From the NCBI GenBank assembly GCA_002269645.1, contig NIVC01002238.1:62001-126000 (forward strand): 64,000 nt of DNA, given 5' to 3'. Each line of letters opens with the position of its first letter. The first letter of the stretch is position 1. Shown here piece by piece: positions 22,727-39,424 of the stretch. Made by a program: the position numbers and the translations under genes. The DNA comes from Macrostomum lignano (lineage: Eukaryota). The notes below the pieces were generated by a model. It was not told the DNA's origin and made no database searches. It saw nothing but the letters and a program-made list of their open reading frames with translations.

Positions 22727-23068
22727 ATTGACTTTATACGGACTTTTACCTTTGTTAATTAGCATGCGCTTAATCAACTATTTTTACTATGATTGCTATT
22801 AGTAATTGTTGTTCAGTGATCTATTTGGCTAAGTTGCTTTCTTTTAGAACTCTTTGAACTATTGCTTATTACTTACCTGAACTTCTGTGCTATCACCTGC
22901 ATTTTTGTGAATTCCTTAGTGCTATTGTGTATTGCTTATATGTACTTTTCTTTGAACTATTACCTATATGAACTTTGCTCTATTATCTATTGCTTGTTTG
23001 GTGCTGTAGTTGTTGTGTTTTTCTTATCAATTTCTCACTGCATTTTATTTTTGTCGAAATTGATGTTC

Positions 23069-23080
23069 AGAGGAGGAAGG
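23069..23080 (+). other. Polypurine tract
   Basis: AGAGGAGGAAGG, ending 1 nt before the 3' LTR. Confidence 0.85.
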
Positions 23081-23081
23081 T

Positions 23082-23757
23082 TGAGGCAGTGCTTATAATT
23101 ACTCGTTTTTCTAATAAGTCAAGTTCGTGCGAAACGCTAACAATTAGAAACATTTTGTTATACTGTACGAATAAATCGGCGAATTATTTTTTTGTTTAAA
23201 TGCGCGGAAGAAATTTTGCTATATATACAAGCGATTTTGCCTCAAATATACCCAACCCGTTTTAAGAGTGAAACGCCTCTAATAGTGGTTCAAATATAAA
23301 TACTCAGAATTCAAAATTGTCAGTTATTTCAAAGCTTGGTTTGAGAACGAGTATACAAAAGAAATTGTAGGCAGAGAGAATTAAGAGACTATTCAAAGAT
23401 ATACTAAGAGAGGCGCCGTGACCCTCTAGTCTCGGAAAACGCCCGATTGGGACTATTCACTAATACATATACCAGTACTAGACCGCTCAGGCCATAAGCT
23501 ACCAGAACGCTACCAGAACGCTACCAGAACGCTACCCAGAAATATTTAAATGAATTTCTAAGAAATAGTTAGGGAGTAAAGACAAGTATAATCAGGATAA
23601 CGGTAGGAGTAACACTTGTTACAACTTGGTGACAGCTTGTAGGATATTTAATAAACACTAATAATTAGAAGTTTAGAAAGACAGAGCCAGAAGGCCTGTC
23701 ACAGCTGGTGCAAGCAGTGAGATTGTTCATAAAGACAGGGGAATAACACCTGTCACA
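23082..23757 (+). repeat. 3' LTR (676 bp)
   Basis: Same as the 5' LTR with two extra copies of the 11-mer CCAGAACGCTA. Confidence 0.95.
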
Positions 23758-24501
23758 CTTAAGTCAAGCCAAGTTACAAAAATTTAAAAGCCAGATCTAT
23801 AATATTGGCCATCTTGATTTTTTGTACAAAAGTCATAGAATCTCTTTTTAAACTTATATTTGATAAAAAAAACTTTTTTAAATTATATAATTTAAAGATT
23901 ATTACTAATGATAAAAATGAAAAAAAAATTGCAAATGATAAAAATTGTTAAGGAATTATCTCATTTATAACCTGGATATAATAATACCTTTTAGCCTTGT
24001 TGTAGCAACAGCTGCTTAACTGCCAAGTTGAAAGTTATAGAGCACAGAGCACATTTTTTGTTTGTTTTCATGGTTGACTATCATAGGTTTGAATAAAAAT
24101 GATAAGAATTTGCAGTGTAAAAGGCTAGAATTTTCTAAACTTTTCTAGTTTAAAAGGCTAGAAATTTTTGAAGTGAAGATTGACCTGATATGTGATAGTC
24201 TAGTAGACAAATAGGCAACTAGGTAGGTAAATGGGTATTAAATGGTAGAATAGAAACGTTTGATGCTGCTATATAAGTATTTAATATTGGCAGATAAACT
24301 GGGATAAATTAAAAAACATACAAATGGGTAGATATACTACACAATAAAACATGCATATTTTTTTGAGTCACTACTTTGTCTTAAACTTTATACCATACAC
24401 AAATATCATACCCTGAATGTTTTAAAGCAAGAGTGGTCTTGTTTAAGCCTGGCATTTGCTTTTTTTGTGGTGTTATTTAGTCACACACTAATTTTTTCAC
24501 T

Positions 24502-25600
24502 ATGCTGAATAACAAAGAAGCAAAGCTGAGTGTCATTTGGTTTTTGTGGAAGCAAGGGAAGCGACAAGTGGAAATTCTTTGTGAGGTGCAAGCAACATAT
24601 GGTGAATTTGCACCATCAAAAACCATGGTTAACAAGTGGGTCCATTGCTTTGAAGACAGCTGGGAGACAGTTGATGACTTTCCACAGAGCGGCCGGCCTG
24701 CCACCAGGGTCAACAGGTCAAATATCGAGCTTGTGCATCGTGCTCTGGATGTTGACTGCCGAGCCACAGTGTGAGAGTTGTCAACCGTTACTGGCATCTC
24801 ATCGTTGAGCTCGGTATGTCGCGCGTTGTTGCTCATTGGGTCCCGAAACTTCTGACTGACTAGCAGCAGCGAGAGTGGGTCCAGGTGTGTCAGCAGCTTC
24901 AGTCATATCGCAGAGATCCCAACTTTTTGGATCGGATTGTGACTGGGATGAATCCTGGTTCCATTATAGCGAGCCAGAAGATGCAGAGCAGTGTGTGGAA
25001 GGCCAACCATGAGCCCACACCTGTCAAGGCTCTGACTGCACATTCAGCTGGCAAGCAAATGGCCACCGTCTTCTGGGACAAGGAGGGCATTCTGCTCTTG
25101 CCCTCCTTGGCTTTCCCGTGGTACCGCAATCAGCAGTGAGTACTGTATCCAAGTCCTGCAAAAGTTGCATGAAGCTATCAAGGCCCAGCGACGTGGCAAG
25201 CTGAGCTACGGCATCCTGCTTCAGCACGACAATGCCAGGCCGCACACCAGCCAGGCAACAATGGCTGCCATTTCGAACCTGGGCTTCGAGGTGCTGCCAC
25301 ACCCACCCTACTCGCTGGACCTCGCACCCAGTGACTTCTGGCTGTTCGGGAAGATGAAAAAACACATCCGAGGTCGCCAGTACAGCTCTCTACAGACCCT
25401 GGCATCGGATCAGCGAGTGGATCAGGGGGTCACCTGCCGATTTCTATGCCGCCGGAATCGAAAAGTTGCCTGAGAGGTGGCACAAGTGCATAAGTCTGAA
25501 GAGTGCCTACGTTGAGAAGCAGGAAGAGTAGCGTTACATTTGTTCAATCAGTTAATCTGTTAGACACGTTTGATCGCGGACTTTCCGAACAACCCTCCTA
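24502..25600 (+). pseudogene. Decayed mariner (DD34D) transposase with a probable right TIR
   Basis: Fragments in several frames: HTH region with ...DDFPQSGRP, FLDRIVTG, QMATVFWDKEG, LLQHDNARPH, HPPYSLDLAPSDFWLF; multiple stops and frameshifts; mariner-like end CTTTCCGAACAACCCTCC-TA at about 25581-25600. The left TIR was not found. Confidence 0.9.
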
Positions 25601-25921
25601 CAATCAAATTAAATGACTTAAAAACTTTACAAAGGCTTTTAAAAAGTTACGTAAGAACTTAAATATTTGTGCCTCTGCATAAATTTAAATATGGCTTTAA
25701 AAAAGTCTATCTGTTTATTACCACTATGCTTAGCTAGGCCTAGAAGTTATGAAGTATGAAAACAAATGTCATAAATGCTTTCCCCTAGCCTTCCCTACCT
25801 AGGCCCTTTATCTAAAACTATAATGATACATTGAATTCGTCATTTGCAGCGTGTATTAGGCCTTACACAATTGAAGCCTGCTATCCAGATATTTGCAAGT
25901 ATCATTCGGCATAATAAAAGC

Positions 25922-31185
<5,264 letters not shown>

Positions 31186-31394
31186 AAGTAAATCTCTTCA
31201 ATGAGATTTCAAAGTTTTACCTTCCTGCAATGCAATTCTTCTGGCTGAATACTTACTTTTATTTGAACTTCTGCACTGAGGATTAATGACTGATGACTAA
31301 TATGACTGATAAACACCCTCTCCCTACATTTTGAGGCCTGATAAACATCCTTTCATTACATTTTTTGAACTGATAAACACGCTCCCTACATTCT

Positions 31395-31925
31395 GTGGAC
31401 TGACAAACACACTGCATTCTATAGACTGATAAACACATTCCCTGCATTCTATAGACTGATAAACACACTCACTGCATTCTATAGACTGATAAACACACTC
31501 CCTGCATTCTATAGACTGATAAACACATTCGTGCATTCTATAGACTGATAAACACACTCCCTGCATTCTATAGACTGATAAACACACTCCCTGCATTCTA
31601 TAGACTGATAAACACATTCGTGCATTCTATAGACTGATAAACACACTCCCTGCATTCTATAGACTGATAAACACACTCCCTGCATTCTATAGACTGATAA
31701 ACACATTCGTGCATTCTATAGACTGATAAACACACTCCCTGCATTCTATAGACTGATAAACACATTCCCTGCATTCTATAGACTGATAAACACACTCCCT
31801 GCATTCTATAGACTGATAAACACACTCCCTGCATTCTATAGACTGATAAACACACTCCCTGCATTCTATAGACTGATAAACACACTCCCTGCATTCTATA
31901 GACTGATAAACACACTCCCTACATT
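31395..31925. repeat. 30-bp minisatellite downstream of CTPS
   Basis: Unit TGCATTCTATAGACTGATAAACACACTCCC. Confidence 0.95.
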
Positions 31926-32946
31926 CTGTGGACTGTGGAGGCAAACACACCAAAATTTCTGTCGATGGGCATCCGCTTAACGTCACATTATAGTAAAAAA
32001 AATAATAATTGAATGCTTAAAAACTGGACGTTGTAATATTAGGGATCAACTTATTTTACCGCACAAATATTCAAACATTTTCTTAACACGTTCGCGCATT
32101 TTTGTGTTTTTTGTCCTTTCCGATACGTTGGACCATTGCTGATGCTCCAGCTCCCTGGTGTAAGCAGTAAAACTACAGTACATGTACCGTTATTGGTGTT
32201 TATTATTTATGGTTATTTCTTGTTATGCTGTTCATTTTTAGCACATTGTTAACAATTTGTTAGGCGCTTATGAAACAGTGGCCACCTATCGATTAGGAAT
32301 CGCCCCAAATCATTTAAGAATCGCCTCCATATCAAACCATAAAAAAATTGAAAAAAATTCACCGAATGCAATTTAAACGTCTGCAACCCAGACATCTAAT
32401 AGTACTTTTTATTTAACATAGTGAATATTTATTTTGTTTGACTGAAAACGGCTTTAATAAAAGAAATATTTTTTAAGGTTGCCAAACTTTTTTATGCATT
32501 CGTTTGGGTCGTGTCTGTTGTTAGTTTCAAGTGCAACAGCATCTGCTTTGACAAACCGTGAGCATTGGACTGAAAGCTTGAAGTTCGAACTCCTCTATAA
32601 CATGTTCAGCAGGTTTTTTATTCGCATTTTTATTGCTAAAACAATTCTTTATTTTATTAATATACAGCCTCTCTGTGACGCGTTTTAGTCAGATTTACTT
32701 GCAAGATATCTTGTGAGTAATGACAGCTTAATATCAGCAGCCTATCTATTAATAATTAATTTAAATTAATAAGCGAGTTGCATAAGCATCGAATCTCTGT
32801 TTGATGGGCCTGCAAATTAAAGCGCAACTACTCTGTGTCTAGCTCATGCGGTCAGCTGCTGCATTTTGTAGTTTTTTAGAAAATTAAAACTTCTACTACG
32901 AGTAGTAAATACTGTTATATTGAACCATCTAAAATTATGAGCATGA

Positions 32947-33099
32947 CAATTGACTGCCGAAGATTTTTAGATTTGTGGTTTTGGTTAGGGTTTACGAGAA
33001 ATTTGGGTTTAGGTTTAGGAATTAGGGTTTAGGATGGGGTTTAAGTTTGGTTTAAGCTAGCGTTAGAGTACTCGTAGTATTAGTTTCGGCAGTCAATTG
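32947..33099. mobile_element. MITE-like element with 15-bp TIRs and a telomere-like interior
   Basis: CAATTGACTGCCGAA...TTCGGCAGTCAATTG encloses degenerate TTAGGG/TTTAGG repeats; no clear TSD. Confidence 0.55.
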
Positions 33100-33488
33100 A
33101 ATTGTCTGGCGATAAGTTGTTCTTGACCCCTATAATTCCGCCAACGTGTGCACATCTTCTCGTAATAACTGTTATTAGTTTTGAACAGGCCAATAGCTGT
33201 TATGCACTATAGGGTAGCCCAATTAAATGCTAACTTAAAAAATACACCGTTATTTTATTGCCATTTCTGTTTTCAGTTCAATTTTCCGTAAGGAAAATAA
33301 GTTTCTTTACGCTTGTTAAAAACGCGATTCGATCTTTTTTTGAATTTTTAAACCAAACGCTTAACGCATAGGGCTCAAAGTGGGTGGAAAAGCCATCAAC
33401 TTGACAAGCTTTTCTGTGCCTGAATAGAGGGCTGCTGTACTAAGGTACATACTATAGCTTTTTGCACTCAGTTTTACAGAACTGCTTA

Positions 33489-33703
33489 GGAGCAGTTGAC
33501 TTAATCCAGTGGCAGGACGCTAACACTCAAGATAACTGCCGCTAACACTCATCTTCCTCCTTTTTGATCTTAATTTCATTCTTAATTATCGTAAAGCAAT
33601 GCAGTAAAACAATTGCAAACGGAAGAATAAGATGGGGCATAGGAGAAAAAAACAGTACACCTTGAAACCTTAGCGCCTACTGATGGATTAAGTCAACTGC
33701 TCC
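33489..33703. mobile_element. MITE, possibly PIF/Harbinger type
   Basis: Perfect 20-bp TIR GGAGCAGTTGACTTAATCCA / TGGATTAAGTCAACTGCTCC; flanks TTA and TTG (imperfect 3-bp TSD). Confidence 0.6.
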
Positions 33704-34334
33704 TTGAAGTTCAAACTGACTGCAAAAACCTATACGTACACAAAACTTAGGGACTTCAATAACTTTAATCCTGTTAAAGGTTTAGAAGCTTCATCAGTTA
33801 CTTAATTGAGAAGCACTTGTAGGTTGCAGGGCCGCAGACCATTTTTCAATGACTGTAGACAATTGGAATAGCAATTGCTGTCAGCCAACACTTCTAGACT
33901 GCCAGACACACTTGCCTTCTGAATATTCTTGAGGTCACATTTCGGAAGAGAATAAAAGCACTGCTGATCACTCTCAGTTGACGCTCAATGTGGTAGCGTT
34001 ACCTTTTTTATATCACTCATAATAACATTATCTCTCCCAGATTAGATTTGGTCACAAAACAGCAACAAAATTTGTACCTAATTATAAAAGTACAAGCAGA
34101 GCCAGGACCTTTGGACTCACAATTATCTGGCTTAAGGACTTCAATATATTTTTCAACTGGAATGCGTCACCAGTCAAAATGGCAGAGTGCGTCAACAGTC
34201 AATCTGGTAAAAGATGGCTCATAAAATGCTTTAAAATGATTCATTTGGCAACCGTCGACGGACAGCAGACATTTACTAGTATCTACATTTACAAACTTAG
34301 CTAGTACTCGAAGTAGTTATCAAAGGCGTTGGAT

Positions 34335-35732
34335 TCAGTCAAGCCCGGCAAGTCCTGCGCTGTGACGGAGAGCCGCTCTCCAGACGCGCCGTTGCAAATT
34401 GGGCAGCGGCGCACCCTCTGGGGTGGCCAGCACCAGTGCACTGACTACAGCCGGTCCGGCGTGTTTCGGATGCAGCCAGTCGGAGTCCCAGCCTCTGAGC
34501 CAGTGCATAAAGTTGGCCTGCAATGCTTTGCCCAGCACGCCCGTGACGAAGATGTCCTCTAGATGAAGGAGGTTCCGCCAGGCGGCGCACTGAACCAACT
34601 GCGAAGGCAGATCTCCGGACATTAGATAGGTTAAGCCTTTGCAGTGCAGCGGGTACTTATCCTCCGGCCATTCCTCCTCGCTCACGTACCAATAGTAGCC
34701 TGATTGCGTGATTCGATACTCGTCAGGTGCTGTTCGACAATAAAACGTCTGATTTGCGTCAGCAAGGCGTTCAGTTACTAAGGTGACTAACTGAAACACG
34801 TTCACAAACGCGTAGTCATCAACCTTTAGCAAAAATCTGGCACCTGCACAGTTCTGACTTGCCCATCTGAGTCCGTAGAGCGCCTTGCAGGTTGACGCGC
34901 TGGGCTGGCCATCCGGACTGCACGGAACCTGCACAAGGTCAGCCGCGTCTTGGCTCTCCTCCTGCAGCTTTGCCTGCTGCTCAGCTGTCCTTGTGGCGCC
35001 AACAACAAATACTACTACGATTCGGTGCCCGTTGATGTTGTTTACCGACGCCCAGGTGCTGCGAATGAGGTCGCGGCGTTCTCGGTAGCCGAACTCGCTG
35101 TGCACAAGCGCCAGCAGTAGAGGACGACCGCTGCACAGGCGGCTCTCGCTAATGATGAAATCGTCCGGGGTGTGGTTGATTGGCTTGCCAGAGGCCGGAC
35201 TAAAACCGCGCTGCCAGCAGAGATCGCGGAAGCTCGTTGCAGCCGTTGGCTGTCCAGACGGTGCCCTTGATTGTCGTGTCGGCCTTGCATTGTCACTGTC
35301 CGCAGGATGAAGCTTTGCTACTGGCGTTGGTGCTTCTGCCTCTGCTGTCGGTTGTCGTGTCGGCTCTAGCATCGGTGCTTTTTTAACCGCTTCTGTACGT
35401 GCCCGGTGATTCTGTTGCTGTTGCCTGCGGACATGGCTCCCAGCCGACGAATCCAGACTCAAACCTCTGCTGGCAAGAGGTTGGGTGGAGGGAATTCGGC
35501 TCACTTGGTCAGGAAACCACTCGCCGTTTAGCTTCTGATCATGCTGCTGCTGTAGGGATCTTAGCGGAGAAAGTAGAAATATTGGTGGCTTGTTTTGCAA
35601 CAGCTTTTCCGACTCGCTGCTACTGCTCGAGTGCGCTACTAAAAGCAACAGACAAGTGGTGCAGGAAGCCAAGACAAGGAGAGTCCATAGCCAGCGGCTG
35701 ATAAGTCGCGTGCTGATTTGATATCGTGGCAT
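34335..35732 (-). CDS. Intronless GT31 beta-1,3-galactosyltransferase-like type II membrane protein (465 aa)
   Basis: N-terminal TM (WLWTLLVLASCTTCLLLLVA), stem, then RRDLIRSTW, VVFVVG, LQEESQDAADLV, K-LYGLRWA, FLLKVDD, YPLHCKGLTYLMS, LEDIFVTG, which are Galactosyl_T family hallmarks. Confidence 0.92.
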   Translation of the reverse strand: MPRYQISTRLISRWLWTLLVLASCTTCLLLLVAHSSSSSESEKLLQNKPPIFLLSPLRSLQQQHDQKLNGEWFPDQVSRIPSTQPLASRGLSLDSSAGSHVRRQQQQNHRARTEAVKKAPMLEPTRQPTAEAEAPTPVAKLHPADSDNARPTRQSRAPSGQPTAATSFRDLCWQRGFSPASGKPINHTPDDFIISESRLCSGRPLLLALVHSEFGYRERRDLIRSTWASVNNINGHRIVVVFVVGATRTAEQQAKLQEESQDAADLVQVPCSPDGQPSASTCKALYGLRWASQNCAGARFLLKVDDYAFVNVFQLVTLVTERLADANQTFYCRTAPDEYRITQSGYYWYVSEEEWPEDKYPLHCKGLTYLMSGDLPSQLVQCAAWRNLLHLEDIFVTGVLGKALQANFMHWLRGWDSDWLHPKHAGPAVVSALVLATPEGAPLPNLQRRVWRAALRHSAGLAGLD

Positions 35733-36112
35733 TGCTGCTTTTAGTATACCTCAGTTGTTAAATTTTTTCAACCTTCGCTGATTCTGCTTGGGCTCTTAGC
35801 TGTGGGCCATGAATAAGGCCAGGCAAACAGTGAGTAAGCCAGCCATCCATCCACAGAGCCTGCACAGGCACACTGTGCTCTGCTTGCTCTTCGCTATATC
35901 TACTTCTAGTCTTACTCATGCCTATTGGTCGTTTCTACTCTCCATTGTCTATCTTCTTTCGGAGAGAACGCTTCATCGCATGCAAGTACGTAACTGGCCT
36001 TTAAATTACTTACATTAAAATAAGTCTGACCCACCGGAAAAAAAGCATTTTGGATTTCAAGTAATGTACTGTACACTCAAAAGGTGCAGCTAGAATTTGG
36101 CTCGATAGGGAG

Positions 36113-36803
36113 AAGGAGTAGACTGAGGGAGAGGGGGTAGACTGAGGGAGAGGGAGAGGGAGACTGAGGGGAGGGAGTAGACTGAGGGAGAGGGGGTAGA
36201 CTGAGGGAGAGGGAGACTGAGGGGAGGGAGTAGACTGAGGAGAGGGAGTAGACTGAGGGAGAGGGGGTAGACTGAGGTAGAGGGAGAGGGAGACTGACGG
36301 GAGGGAGTAGACTGAGGGAGAGGGAGACTGAGGGGAGGGAGTAGACTGAGGGAGAGGGAGACTGAGGGGAGGGAGTAGACTGAGGGAGAGGGGGTAGACT
36401 GAGGGAGAGGGAGACTGAGAGGAGGGAGTAGACTGAGGAGAGGGAGTAGACTGAGGGAGAGGGGGTAGACTGAGGTAGAGGGAGAGGGAGACTGAGGGGA
36501 GGGAGTAGACTGAGGGAGAGGCAGACTGAGGGGAGGGAGTAGACTGAGGGAGAGGGGGTAGACTGAGGGAGAGGGAGACTGAGGGGAGGGAGTAGACTGA
36601 GGAGAGGGAGTAGACTGAGGGAGAGGGGGTAGACTGAGGGAGAGGGAGAGGGAGACTGAGGGGAGGGAGTAGACTGAGGGAGAGGCAGACTGAGGGGAGG
36701 GAGTAGACTGAGGGGAGGGAGACTGATGGGAGGGAGTAGACTGAGGGAGAGGGAGACTGAGGAGAGGGAGTAGACTGAGGGAGAGGGAGACTGAGGGAGA
36801 GGG
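36113..36803. repeat. GA-rich degenerate minisatellite (GAGGGAGTAGACTGAG-like)
   Basis: Tandem purine-rich units; explains ORF 36010-36813. Confidence 0.92.
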
Positions 36804-37194
36804 CCTCTTGCACTATCTTCTACCTGATTTCAATCTCACATTTTACGCCAAGAATTTACGGAGATCATACGACTCGTATACTTAGAGTTTAGTTAGATTC
36901 CCTACAGTTGAAGATTGGAGTGCCCTAAACTTTCGGGATTTCGGAATTTCGGGTCCCAGGATTATAAAGCTTTGGGATTTTGGCATCCCTGTGTCAAAGG
37001 GATCCCTGGCATCCCTTTGGCATGCTGCGTTAGATTAGATATTTGCGAGCGTATATTACAAAAATCTATTAAGTATTTATTTATTTGATCCAAAAATTCA
37101 CTTCATAACGGGCAACCGAAAATGCTGTGCAGGCCTTAAAGGCTTTACATTTAAACTTTCAGCATTCAAATAAAAAAATATCGATCCATGCGTG

Positions 37195-37350
37195 TAGGGA
37201 TTCCAATCCCGGGATTTTTTGGGAATCGAATCCCGGGATTGCAAAAGCAACCGGGATTCCGGGATTTTGAATCCCGAGATTTCAACAGCATCGGGATTTC
37301 GGGACTATTCAATCCCGGGATTGTAAAATGTCGGGATTTTGGAATCCCTA
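37195..37350. mobile_element. hAT-type MITE (156 bp)
   Basis: TIR TAGGGATTCCAA / TTGGAATCCCTA, exact 8-bp TSD CATGCGTG (37187-37194 and 37351-37358), interior rich in CGGGATT/AATCCCG subrepeats. Confidence 0.88.
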
Positions 37351-38959
37351 CATGCGTGGCGTCAATGAAAGAGATTTAAGGCTTAGAAGTTTTAATGTAT
37401 AGCTTACGAGATGCAGAAGAATTACGAATTAGCAGGAGGGCTGGACAAACATGTGCATACTGGACTGCGAGTGGGAAGGGTATGGGTATGGCCAAGACAG
37501 AACAAGAATGTGATTATAACCCTTATGTGGGGCTTTCTATTCAACTGATGGGACCCGTGCCGTAAACCCCTTACGCTGTACATTAAGGCTGGTGCAGACC
37601 GCCGATCTTCAGTGTACACTGTGAGACCGAGAAGGGGCCGCTTTGGGTGAACGAATTAGAAAATAATCGATTTTTTCTTGGCAGAACGCACACTCTCCTC
37701 ACTCGAATACCCGAAAAATGTCAACCCTTGCCCTACCCCTCCACCCCGTCCCCATAAACCTGAATTTTACACAAACTGGTAAGGACAGAAGGCCAAAGCT
37801 GAACTGACGTAATAACTTTACAGTTAATTAATTTTATATATTCAGTCTATATCGGCACAGTACAGGCCATATTACGTATTATAATTAATTCATTAAATTT
37901 AAAGAGAACATTGAACGATCAAGTTACATGAAGTTTTGCTGTGAGAAAAGTCTGTTATCCTTGTTGTTAGTTATATGGAGTTATGGGTTATCATCCATAA
38001 AACACAAAATCAACTCAAGTTGAAATTTGCAAAAACTAAGCATTGAATCGAAAAACCAGACACTTTCCACTTCTAACCGTTCTACACTAAACCAATTTTG
38101 AATCGCATGTGCAGTAAATAACGCAATACGGCTTTACAGGGGTATTATTATCGTATGTAAAACACAAGGTCTAATAATGGCTATCCTATGCAAGGCTATG
38201 CTACTACAATCGCTTATCACCCAATCCAACGCTGCCCTACACAGCGTCATTAATTAGGTATGATACAAACGAATAGGGTTTGCACGCACCCTTGAGATTT
38301 ACTAACCTAAATTCTGATTGGCTGATAGAGGGAGAGGCAACTGGCCCACTCCACTCTTCTACCCCTGGCACGTACAGCCAGCCCCTTTCTCTCCTTTAGA
38401 TGTGGGCAGTTTATGGCCTCACAGAGTAATTGGTTGAAGGCCAGCGGGGGGTTGGGAGATGGGTGGGTGGCTTGGGGTGGGTATGGATAATTATAACAGG
38501 GTGAACTGTCTCGTACACAGCGAGGCCTATCTATCTTACAACCCGCGGCAGACAAGCACAGAGCTGAGCCGAGCCCATATACCGTTTGAGGTTTTATGTT
38601 TTAAGGGTCCCGCCAAGTCAAACCGTGAAGCCGATTAGTTAGGAAAAAACAGCATCACGATAACTCGTTGATCTGTGTATATGCGATTGACTTACACGGG
38701 AGCTCGCGTAGCATTTCGAATTCAACAAATAAAATAAACTCGCTTTGAATCTTTGTTTCAGGCGTTTGCTGGTAAGTTTTCCGTATTTAGTATATTCTCA
38801 GTAAATTTACAACATGTATTGATTCAATTTTCTCAAATTGTCATGCTGAGCCTAGAGCTAGGACATACATGCGCAACCCCCTTCCTTGATTTACACTGGC
38901 CATGAGACTTACTTTTTGACCAAAAATGCAACTTACTTGGGAAAGAAACCCTACAGCAA

Positions 38960-39142
38960 AAATTAGCTTTGTCCTAAGGTAAACGGTAGGAGTAACTTAA
39001 CGGTCTTATTAAGGCTAAATGCCTAGGCATCTAATTAGTACTACATTTGTACTTTGGTTGGCATTTTTGCGACTTACCACTGGTCCACCACAACTTACGG
39101 TGGCCGGATCGGCCAGATTGGCCAGCAGTTGCGCATCTATGG
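38960..39142 (+). other. 28S helix 69-71-like segment (copy 2) in the probable boule 5'UTR intron
   Basis: GTAAACGGTAGGAGTAACTTAACGGTCTTATTAAGGCTAAATGCCTAGGCATCTAATTAGT (38979-39039). Probable UTR donor ctg|gtaag at 38772 and acceptor ctatag near 39390. Confidence 0.75.
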
Positions 39143-39424
39143 CCGCTAGGATTATATAAATCATGGACTTTTTGAGTTAAACTTAAAAATGCACGGACAG
39201 GATGATATACAGATAGAACTAAGGACTTCGTAAATTGTAAGGTTTTGTGGTTAAATTTCTACTATTTATCGTGGATAGGGTATTTGGATCCCAATTCTGA
39301 GATACAGAGATACAGAGAATGAACTTGAATTTAACTGCTTTACGGGATTTCAAAATTAGCTAACAATTGCATCTGTTTGCTGCCTCTATAGACCGAATCA
39401 CGCAAAGTACACAAATAAATAGCA

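Larger units (their letters stand above)
15129..23757 (+). mobile_element. Full-length Ty3/gypsy LTR retrotransposon (8.6 kb)
   Basis: TG...CA LTRs at 15129-15782 and 23082-23757; 4-bp TSD CTTA (15125-15128 and 23758-23761); PBS, PPT, gag, pol in PR-RT-RH-IN order, and an extra ORF. Confidence 0.97.

Noticed and set aside
32990-33060. True telomere
   Set aside because: Short, degenerate, interstitial and bounded by inverted repeats.
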